From positions 770,711 through 834,710 of the forward strand of contig NMRA01000053.1 of NCBI GenBank assembly GCA_002633005.1: a DNA stretch of 64,000 nt, in the 5' to 3' direction. Shown in pieces: positions 34,852-46,800 of this stretch. Numbering within the stretch: the first letter of the stretch is position 1; the number at the start of each line of letters is the position of its first letter. The notes under the pieces are model-generated. The model was not told the DNA's origin. It searched no databases and worked only from the letters and a program-made list of their open reading frames with translations. This stretch comes from Phoronis australis (taxonomy: Eukaryota; Animalia; Phoronida). The translations under genes and the position numbers were made by a program.

Positions 34852-37800
34852 CTGAAAAACACATGTGATATTGGACGCTTTTGATACAGTAGAACGCTGA
34901 TGTTGATTTTCTCATTCTTACGTAACACTGTAGCATAAGTTTGACACAAGCCCAAATGCGCAGAATTAATTGACGCATGTTTCATTCTCAAGTTTATATG
35001 AAGGCTTACTAAGTTTACCAGACGCACTAGATGTGCACAATTAAGAAAATACGTATTAGACTTTTACAGGTGAGTAAAACAGCATATCGACTCTAATGCA
35101 GCATAATAATTACAAAAACTTTCTTTTCCATGACTCTAGTTAAAGATGGGTTTGACGAGTGATTCAGATATTATAAATCCCAAAATACAACAGTTCCTAC
35201 TATAATCACCATGCCCATGAACTCTATAATTGCCAAGAGCGTGTATCAAGATGTGTCATTTCACCTATCGCTTCACTTAGAAACTTTACGTACCACAAAA
35301 TTGCACAAGTCAATTGGTAAAGAATTATTGCCAAATGGTGCTTGTTAAACATGACCTGAATTTCGAAACAAAATAAAAATAATTTTCTCACAAAGCTTTC
35401 AGTTAATTTTTGAAACAATTTTCCATATCCTCCACCAACGAAATATCCGCCACAGTTGAATTACCAGAGAAAGTTAAAAGTAAAAACACGTACTAGAATG
35501 GACACCTTTAGATAGACAAGACTCATAATAGACTTTTAACAGGAAATGGCCAAGGAAAGAGTATTTCTACAACAAAACAGAGGAAGTGGCAATGTGCCTC
35601 ATGTCTAGCAGCTTACTTTGATATGATAAGCGTGACATCTCAAGAGCACGCTGGAAATCTGGGTCAAACTCCTCCAAAGAGTCCAGGTTTTCATCATCAA
35701 ACATCAGATTGGGAAAGTGGGCGGAGCTTGTGTCTATGGGAGATGGTTTCCATGGTGCACTGGTTGAGTGACTAGAAAACGACATGACAATCGTCACGAA
35801 ATTTATCAGGAATTCCTTCACAAAAATTAAACATAAGTTCACTACAGAACACGGATGACTATTAGAAACCTAGAAACTTTAGTATTGGCCAAAACGGGTA
35901 GTTCAGCCTCATTCCAGCCTTCAGCGCGCAGTCGGCTGCTTTGTGTAAGTCAAATACAACAGAATAAACTTCCTGACTGTATTAATGTCCTTGTTTAGAA
36001 AGTCACATGAGCTGACTGACCTGATAGTTGTCGCTCAATGGTGTGCATCTACTACAAACTAATACCCACATATTCTACACGGACAGTTAGAATCTATTAC
36101 ATGTTTTGCCATTATCTAATGGACATCAACATGGAATTAAAATCAAAAGACAATTACTATGATGAGAGGACCAATCTGTGTCCTTGTTGTGAGGGCAAGT
36201 CTTCGTTACTAAGTTACTAGACGTCTCCGCTATGGTGCTAGGCTAATTGGTAGTTTTCGACCATTTAAACCACAAGTCAACTTCTGACAAATAAACTTTT
36301 ACGCAAAATAACTGAAATCGGTAGATGTGTCTATCAAAGACTATTACCCATCGCCTCCACCACTGATAGAAGTCATATCTCTAATCAACTGCAGGCGAGA
36401 CATCTCCAGGGCTCTTAGCAGGTCCACTTGATAATCAGTCACAAAATCACTAGGCAACATATTCTCTGGAATAACAAATGATGAATGTAATTTAACACTA
36501 GTAATCTGTAAACAATTTTACATAAGTTGGACAACGGCAGCGGTAGCAATCTAATAAGACTGATGAACGAGTTGGAAAGCGAAAATGAAAATTTTATTCA
36601 TTGCTACAAAGGAGCTCACCTAACTACAAAGGTATGGTCAATGAGTCTTTAAAATTGCCAGTAACAGACGCACAATGCCTTTCAATATTTCACAGTCTGT
36701 GGTGAAAAAATCTCCAGGATTGTATATTGAAAGCTCTCACTAAGATACTTCTAAGTTAGAGCAACCTGAGCATGTGTAACTTTTGTCTTCTTTTTCCATT
36801 ACAAAATAACTTGAAGTGACATCCACTTTACTTCACTGGTAAGCTAAACATTATCCAACACTACCCCAATGTCACCTCCTCCCACCTGCCCTCTCAACTT
36901 CCACCTCAGACAGACAGACATCATTATTTTATTCTAAAATACCAAGATCCACCCTCCAGGCCTCAGTGACTCTCACCTTCTCTTTCCGCCATTTCCACGC
37001 GATCGGTCCTCAGACACCGCAGGCTGCAGTGCTCGTGTAATTCACCCGTACGAGGGTTACGTGCCCGCGGTTTGTCACAGCCACGGCGATGACACACATC
37101 TGTTGCAATAATAACTCAATTAACACACTACAGTCAAAATACACCTCAGGAGTTTTTAATTATCCATAGTACTAGACCATGATTTAAGTATTACTATCAA
37201 GAATTGCCGTCATAATAACTGAGCATTGCTTCCACAAAACACTATAATTGGCAAAATGAGGTAACAACAAACGCATTCCAAAATAATATGAGATTTTCAC
37301 AAAGTCTCAAAAATTTTTTTCACTTAATTCAATTGAAAGTGGGTGCAATAGATAGTCTTTTTAGTTGTGATGTCATTTCAAAATTTACTTTGGCAAAATG
37401 AGCTTTTAATTAGCTGTAATTAACGTTTGAAAACTCACGTTCCATGTGACAAAGGGCATTTCTCACATGGAACATTGCATTCTCACATGTGACATTTGAA
37501 TGTTCCATGTGAGATTTTTTGAGTTGTGCCATGTTACAAATAGAAATGGTACATGGCACAAACACTATATTTGTGACATGGGCTTTTCATAGCACAATGA
37601 TATAATGAATTTTAGGAGAAATTTTTGCATTTAGTCAATAAAAATNNNNNNNNNNNNNNNNNNNNNNNNNNNNNNNNNNNNNNNNNNNNNNNNNNNNNNN
37701 NNNNNNNNNNNNNNNNNNNNNNNNNAAAACTAAAATTGCCACTAGGGGGCACACCGGTAGTCGGATCCGTCCGAAAGTTCGCACATGCCGTCCCATTCAT

Positions 37801-40800
37801 AAATGGAACATATGTGCCAAATTTCATGAACGTATGTCAAAGGGTTTTGGAGATAGAGCAGCGGACGCCGGACGCCGGACGGACGCCGCCCGGACGGACG
37901 GACGGACGGACGGACGGACGGACGGACGGACAGAGATGACGGCATAATGAGTCCACATATAAATATGTGGGCGCATAAAAAGGTATGGACAATGAGGCTT
38001 TAAAATTGCCAGTAACAGACGCACAATGCCTTTCAATATTTCACAGTCTGTGGTGAAAAAATCCCCAGGATTGAAAATTGAAAGCTCTCACTAAGATACT
38101 TTTGTAGCACTAAGTACTTTTGTAGCACTAAGTTAGAGCAACCTGAGTATGTGTAACTTTTGTCTTCTTTTTCCATCACAAAATAACTTGAAGTGACATC
38201 CATTTTACTTCACTGGTAAGTTAAACATCATCCAACACTCCCCAATGTCACCTACTCCCACCTGCCCTCTCAACTTCCACCTCAGACAGACAAACATTAT
38301 TTTATTCTAAAATACCAAGATCCACCCTCCAGGCCTCAGTGACTCTTACCTTCTCTTTCCGCCATTTCCACGCGATCGGTCCTCAGACACCGCAGGCTGC
38401 AGTGCTCGTGTAACTCACCCGTACGAGGGTTACGTGCCCGCGGTTTGTCACAGCCACGGCGATGACACACATCTATTGCAATAATAACTCAGTTAACACA
38501 CTACACTCAAAATACACCACAGGAGTTCTTAATTATCCATAGTACTAGACCATGATTTAATTATTACTTTCAAGAATTCCCGTCATAATAACTGAGCATT
38601 GCTTACACAAAACACTATAATTGGCAAAAATGAGGTAACAATAATTCCCTGCTCTTAACTTTACATCTATCACATCCATCAAAAAAGCAGGCATCTACCA
38701 TACACGAACGATGGTTACAAATGACCGAGTCAGATTACTTTAAGCATACTGTCATGTCAAGCTCAGCTGCAATATTGGACCTAAGGCCACTCTGATAACA
38801 GTACCAGCCTTGACAATATAGCAATCAAAGCATACAGCGGAATGTTTGGAAGTTTTCAATAAATTTGTTTAAAACGGGCAACTGAATTCAAAGCAAGAAG
38901 AAAAACACAGTTCATAGCATGGTGATACAGCTACAAGAAAGTTAAATTTTATTCACCTGCAGAAGACAAACAATCCATACAAAGAAATCGAATGTGCACC
39001 AACTTGTAAATTGCTCTTACCCAAAACACTATCCTCTTGTGGTGACCCAGACTTGTGCGACTCACTGTCTGAGTCATCACTTTCCACTGGCCAATCAAGA
39101 ATGGCCTCCAAGTTGGCATGGCGACCAGTGCGTGGATCGCGTGCCCAGGGCTGTCGTGCTGTGTCGTGGTCGGACATGCTTTCCAATATGGACTTCCTTA
39201 GATCTTCCTGTGCAGGGAAATTAAGATTTGATCACACACATTGGATAGTATTGAAAGACACAGTGCAACTGAAACAGCTGTGCATAACTTCCTGTATTAT
39301 TATCCAAGTCGCAGGTACTTTCTTTCCCTTTACCTGCGCAATGTCAAGTAGTTTCAAATAAAATAATCAACAACAACATTTTACAAGTTTTTGCGAGAGC
39401 AAATTAACTAATTAATACATTAATAGCAAAATGTGGGATATTCAAGTCCATAACTCAAAATGGAGATGATGCAATTTGAGGGTTTTCAGAGACTACACCA
39501 AACACGCTATTATTACAGACTTGAATAAAATATTACCCATTCACGCTATATGGGCAATAAACATGTTAATTAGGTCTGGACTGTTAATAGAGGAACTACC
39601 TTTAGGGAATTAGCAAGAAGCCTTGATAACGGTGAGAATTGCAAACTCTTCAATCAACAGCATGGTGTGAAATTTTATTTCGGGGGGAAAAATTTGTGAT
39701 GCTGCAACTGATTGAAAGAATGCTCGACTGTGGAGAATGCATTTGCACTGGAAGACATTTAAGAGACTCATCGCGCAAGATAGGCCAGTCATCGAACGAT
39801 GGCGACCCACCGTAAACTGAGATGATAAAGTAATGTGCAAAATCGTTTAAAATGTAGTCATTTTTAAAACTAGACACAACTTTGAGGGCTACTGGCTGAT
39901 GCAAATTTAAGAATAAAAATGTTTAAGATAACAATTATCTTTTATTTACACACACAATCAAAGCACCCACTTTGGTCACTTTCACTTCTGAACGATCTAA
40001 TCTACACCAACATTAAAAAGCCCGCAGACGATTGTCCTCGCAAACAAATCGCTCACCTCTTACGTAGATCGTTTTGTGTGGATTTACTCAATATCCATGG
40101 AGTTTCACTGTTTTCATGAAAATTCAACTCAAGCTTATTCTCTTCAGAGACTGAAGTTTGTATATTTATTTAGAAATTATCAGACAGTGTAACCTGTATT
40201 TTCAACAGATAACTTTGGGAACAAAGAAAAACAGTTTACATCAGTGATCTCTGCCCAAACTTAAAGTTATTCCCAATTAATAAAAAATCAATTTACTAAA
40301 AAAATTGAACAAATAATTCAAGCCCTATCCATCCAATCAAGAAACAGGTAACATGGAATTCACTCACGGTGATTTCGTAGGTGAACCTCTTGCGACCTCT
40401 TGGCGAGAACTCAGCTGGGACAAGGCCCTTGGCAATGGAGGTGACAAATTCTCGTCGCTTACGGCTGACAAGCTGGGCAGTCTGTATAATCCGGCTACGT
40501 GGCGTACGGAGATATGGACGGGCAATCATCTCAGACAGGTTCTCTGTACACTCTTCAAGCTCAGTCTGCAAGATGAGCACATGAGGATAAGATGACCACA
40601 TGACCACATGAGGATAAGATGACCACATGAGGATACTTGGAGTTTCAGAGAGAGAGAGTGTATATGAAGCTAAACAGCACTGTCATATCTTCAACAATCG
40701 ATACCAAATTCTGACGACGCCAGCTCTCAACAACCAAGTTGACGTACAAGACTGAAGTTGTTACCTGCATTGATTCAAACACTTGTTTCTTGATTCCTTC

Positions 40801-43800
40801 ATCTTCCAAGTAGAAGCCGTAAACGTAGGAACACTTCAACACCTGCCTGGCCTTCAACAGCTGCTGTATGGCTTCTTCAACAAACACCACTTCACTGGAG
40901 ACTAGAAGAACATGAGATCCACATAACCAGGGTGAAGATAACTGGTGATGAACACTGTATGAAGCTCACAATATTAACAAACACCAAAACTGGTCCCCAG
41001 CTCTAATCTTTGAACTTGAAATCAAACTTAAAAAATTACAGGCTTGGAATGACCAATGATAAAAAAGGGGAAAATTTCCAGGTGAAGTATCATACCACAA
41101 ATAAAAAGGCTTGTGTGATAGAAATATTTTTGTGTAGTTGTAAAATTTAACTGAAACAAACGTTTTTGCATGAATAAAGTCAAAACAATGATAAACAAGA
41201 GCAACGCAGAGCGTTGAAATGCGCCCACAATTGCACCGCATATGGTATCCTTCTAGGGTTGTTTATCGGTACCATAAAGTGGCCAGTAGAGGGCATATAT
41301 GTAGTATGTTGTACTTTGCAAAATGGAAAGGCATGGTCCTTGTCTCCTCAATAGGCTAGGGGCAAAATGTGAGTGATCTTCATAATAGAAGCACATCCTA
41401 TACACCAGTTGCTTAAAGCACCACAGAAACATAGAATTAAAAACAAATTTACCAACATACAAGATTAGCACAGCATTAGAATGCCAGAAACAAATTTCTA
41501 CTTGGAACTTTTCCTTCATAGTCACGAAGTAACACAAAGTACACACCTGAAGAAAATACAGAGGTCAATGTAAAATTGCCACTAGAGGCAAATACTAAAA
41601 TTGCCACTAGAGGAATACCGATAGTCAGAATCATCCTAAAGTCGTCATCGTCCGTTGTCAACATCACATAAATACACTCGCTAAATTTAGTAAAGATCCT
41701 GCAAACGGTTTGGGAGATACAGCCATGGGCGCAAAAAAAAACAAAACTACCACTAGGAGGCGCCACAGTAGTCCAAATCATCTGAAAATCATTGTCAGCT
41801 GTCTTCCTTATAGTAAGCACATACACGCCAATTTTCACAATCATCCTTTGAGCGGTTTGGTTGATAGAGGGGTGGACGCAAAAATACAGACTCGAAAACA
41901 GTAAAAATGGCCACTAGGTGGCGCAAACTACGTCGAATCCATCTGAAAACAGTAGGATAGCGTCATCTCACTAATAGGTGCCTACATACCAAATTTCATG
42001 AAAATCCGTTCAATACTTTTGAAGATACAAAGGTAAGCGTAAAAAACTAAAATTGCCACTAGGGGGCACACCGGTAGTCGGATCCGTCCGAAAGTTCGCA
42101 CATGTCGTCCCATTCATGAATGGAACATATGTGCCAAATTTCATGAACGTATGTCAAAGGGTTTTGGAGATAGAGCAGCGGACGCCGGATGGACGCCGCC
42201 CGGACGGACGGACAGAGATGACGGCATAATGCGTCTACATATAAATATGTGGGCGCATAAAAAGAGATGAAAAAGAGGAAACTGGAAATCAAATAAGAGG
42301 CAATCAAAACCAAAAAAGAGGAAATCCTTTTAAAAGAGGAAAATTACAAAGCTGAAAATATTTTTGCCATTTTCTATTCTACATTTGTGTCAAGTCATGA
42401 TTAGTGTCCACTATTCTATGCTCAAGTGCATAAGTGTCTTATTTTAGTTTCCACTTGATGACTCCAGAATTAAGGCTAACAATTCGACCTTGAAGACAAA
42501 ATTTTGAGTTTTTACTTGTCTAAGAAAGCTCAAGATTTTACTTGAGTTTGTAACTTGAATCATGTGAAAACATTGACCGGAACATCATAACGTACTTGAA
42601 AATAAAACAATAGATATCTAATATATGTTCGCACAAAAAAGAAGGAAAATGTTAACTACAACATAAGAATTCAATTTTGAGTACAAAGATTAGACCCCCG
42701 ACTGATGACGAAGTCTGCCTGAAACTCTGAACATCAAATTTGCTGAACCGGAGTTTGGCAACTAAGATGGTTAAAGCTCAAATTGAACCGATTTTTTGTA
42801 TATCATCAAAACTAACCATGATCTTTGAAATCTTTGATTCAAGTTCCAATAGCCCAGTCACTGGTCCTTGCATTCTCTAACATTCTCTAATAAAGCCACA
42901 CACACACTGATCAAAATGAAGAGTCACATACCAAAACTTAAATGAAAACCAGCAAATGCGTTCACCCAGTTTCAGCAACGTTACTGTCAAAATAGTGAAG
43001 AAAGCTGTTTAAAGTTCACTATTTAAAATCATTAGCAAATTAGCTGCTACTGGACTTTCACTGCGAAATTTCATTTATTTTTGAGATAATGTTGACCAAT
43101 GAATTCTTTACAAAACTAGTCTACAATCTTTGAACAAAAGTACAATAACACTCTCCCTACCAGACTGTTCACACGAGTGCACTGCCCTGGCCAGTTCCAT
43201 CATTTTGTTCTTGGCAGTACTGAGCAGAGGAACCTCCAGCTGAAATGAGGTTGAGATGAAAGAGGTCACAAGACCCTAAGCACAAAAGTCAAACTTGAGC
43301 TGACAGGAAATAAACCGCATTGAAATCACCTGACACAGCACCAAGAGCTCCATGAATCTAACAATTAGAATTTACTTCCAAGCAGTTGAAAACATATTAT
43401 AACTATAAATTAATAATAGATTTCACAATAAACATAAACGGGCAAAATATAGATAATAGATACTAATAACAAAACTAATACTTTTGAAACACTAAGTTTC
43501 TCTTATTTACATAGCACGGTGAAAACTACAAAACCTCAACTGACAATAACGCAACCAGTCTCGTACACACCTTGTAGCTATTCTCGTGGTTCTTAAACCT
43601 TGTGTAATAATGCACAAATTTCTTTCTCTCTTGCAACTCTGCATTCTTTTGCTGAGCCTACAATCAAATGAAAAAATTAATGTAATTCGAGGCATGTCTA
43701 TCTGTGCTCGATCCCTTCAATTGTTCTTCAAATATCAAAAGAGCTCTCTGTTAGTTTCCCAACATAAGTGTGAAGTTAAAAGCTGAGCAACAACTGCAAA

Positions 43801-46800
43801 AACAAAAGCAGGTGTAGTAAAAATTTCTTTAAAAAGCCACAGACAGAAAGTCTTCATCTTCAAGAACTTAACAACTGACCAACACACAACGAACTCATGG
43901 CAAAGATCACTATCAATTATTCTCCTTTTACACTAAATGTACATAATCTTACACATGTCCAGGGTAAAAACCTGAGTGTAAAGTATTTGTCTTCCCTTAG
44001 TCAGGTCACTGGAATACACAGTCAATGCTTGGTTTTGTGAACCTGGCATGTTGTAGTGATATCTGTTCTAGCGAAAGAGACATCTATTGCTAAACACATC
44101 ATCACTGAGACAACGAGCGATCTAGAATGCCTAACCACCAAGTTCTCTTTCAAATTCAGTAACAAATTATATTTTCATGAATTACAGGTTGTTCATAACA
44201 TTTCAGTCAATAATAATGAAATATTTCGGTTATGAAATCGCACCCTGCATGATGTGTCTTGGACATAATGGAAGCCTTGCCAAACTTGCCTAGCAGTCAT
44301 CACAGACCTACCTTTTTGGGTATTGAAACGCAATGTGTCATATATAAATAACTGTTGCAGTACATGTAAAGTGCAACCTTATGGGCATAACTGTCATTTA
44401 CACTAAATGTATTATCTGAAGAATGTTCGAGAACGTAATTTACAACTGTTAGACTAAGATCATCACAACACTACGTAAACATGCGTACCTCAGCAACCTG
44501 AGACTCCATCTCCGACTCTACTTTCTTGGACACTTCATAGCGATTACAGCGAAAGTACCCCCCTGTAGCAGAGCTGTGCTTTTTCCACTGTTCCAAGCAG
44601 ATCCAACAAAAGTCATGCTTGCACTAAAAATAAAAAGCAAATTTGATCTTTCATAAAAATTGAGGAAACTGTTGACACCATCTAAAGGTCAGTAACGAAA
44701 TTCTCCACGACAGTCCTAGTCACAGTAGTACAACCCTCAGTGGGAGACTTTCAGGAAACAATGGGGACTGATCACGTGGTACCATCGACTCTTATCCCCA
44801 CCTGGCTGTTACAGGAGGTACTGTTCATCACTGCGGGTGGCATAGGGGAACACTTGGCTTCGCAAAATAACATTTTTGCTTTTTCAAGTATACAATGTAT
44901 CAGACTTGGAATTCTCTAGTAATGTCCCAAACGCGCTCAAGAATTAACATTATTGGTGGTCATGCTTTCTTGAGTACTACTTGGAGAACTGAAAATTGCT
45001 CAAGATTCCGAGTTCATTTTGGCAGCATTAGTTAAGAAAAACCGACTATTGGTAATTGTTTTGCATATACTTCAATTGCAATGTGACCAAGCCATAACAT
45101 CAACGACAACTGTTAAAAGTGTTTCAAGGACAGAACTACATATGCTTTACAGATCTCCACATCACAGCAAAATTGTAACCGATAACAATAGTGGGAACAG
45201 CTACCAGATCACACAATCACAAACACAACACCACTTAACAAGAGAGCTTATAAGACCACACCTGGTATAGTAACCCTGCGGGTGATTGTTCTCACCTTGG
45301 AGCACTTCATATGGTTGCACCCCTCGTTCTTCTGAATGGGGGACTTACAGTTGGGACATGGCTTGGAGTTGGTGACCAGCCACAGGCAGTTGGCTGCACT
45401 CTCTGATTGTTTCTCTACAGACCCCACTGCAGGAGACAGATGGACAAAAATAAATCGTTTCCAGTACATTGTCAAAACATAAACATTCAAGTCGAAGTGG
45501 TATGTTTCCATAATTTTTCAAATTAATTCCCAGAAACAACGTTGAATTACTTAAGGCAGTGACAATTCACTATATGGCACAAAATATAAATACTAAAATA
45601 TAACTTCATCATATCAAACCTACATTTCTACCTGTTTTGCTGGCTAAAAGACAAAAGTAGCACCAGGCCTTTAACTCTCATAAAATCAGTCTCACAAAAT
45701 TCCTTACGTACTTCCATTACCCATAAGAACATGGGAACCATCAGCGACTCAAAAAAGTTTACAGGGATGGATAACTCTTCAAACATTGCATTGCATTGCA
45801 TGTGACTTGGGTTGGTAATGAAAAGGCAATCCCTACACGGTAAAGAAAATTATGAGAACGATTTTATGATAGGAAAAGGCCTAATCCAATTGTAATTTTT
45901 GCCAGCACAGCAGGGTGAGATGAAACTTTAAATTGACTAATAATACTCTACAAGCTAGATAGAGGGCACTGATGTTTCAATTGATGTCTTGAAGAAAACG
46001 TGTATAAAACATTGCAAAGAATCATTTCAAATATTAACCATTTTCCCACAAACTCGGGAATAAAGCTAATTGTATGGAATTGATCAGTTTACAACCCAAC
46101 ATAAATTTGATAAGGACTTAGTCTTCAATCCATATACCTAGTGATGGCAGAAATTGTACTTACACTGCTCAATCCTGACTTCTGCAATACGTGTCTGCCA
46201 TGTTACCCAACACTCACAGCTGCATGGCTCATGTGAGTCACCCAAGCAGTCCCTGGAAATGAGAATGTCACGCATCAAAAGATTACAAGTGTCCATCAAC
46301 ATCAATTTTTTAATAACAAAAATCAAATAACATCTGTAATTTCCGTCTAGCACTAAATTGACTTGCAACACAGTATAATGCACTGCATTGTCTGTTACAA
46401 TGTAATATACAAAGGAGTGTAGCAGCTAATTAGAAAAGTTACTATAATGTGTACTCCGGGTATGTAAATATGTAATTATGCACGTTCAACTGTGCTGTGG
46501 GCCTATGACCTTTGAGTGCTTCAATAAAGTCATTATTATTATTATCATTATTAGAAAAGTTACTAGCCAATTCTTTCATTAACCTCTGGTCCATGACACA
46601 GTCTTAGTATTCAAATTTACTACCTCATTTCATTTTCTGAAACTTGGAATCCCATTCTGAATTTTAATTTGCAGAATGGTTAAAGGATGACAATAGTGAG
46701 TTTACTTGTAATAATAATAATAAAGCAAGCAATAGTCACTTAAAGGCGTCTCACATTTAGTGACATAGTTTAATGCCCGTCATTCATTGGATTAAAACTA

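Larger units (their letters stand above)
36628..38641. repeat. ~640-bp near-identical duplication (36628-37267 vs 37979-38641) flanking the N gap
   Basis: Collinear with scattered SNPs and small indels; includes the 123-nt exon. Confidence 0.95.

Noticed and set aside
34852-34978. The 402-aa ORF 33770-34978 as a stand-alone gene
   Set aside because: Its first ~42 codons are intronic; the acceptor at 34852 joins it in phase to ANKIB1
40057-40107. Possible extra ANKIB1 exon ending at a GAG|GTGAGC donor
   Set aside because: Weak acceptor, stops in the required frame, and the flanking exons join in phase without it
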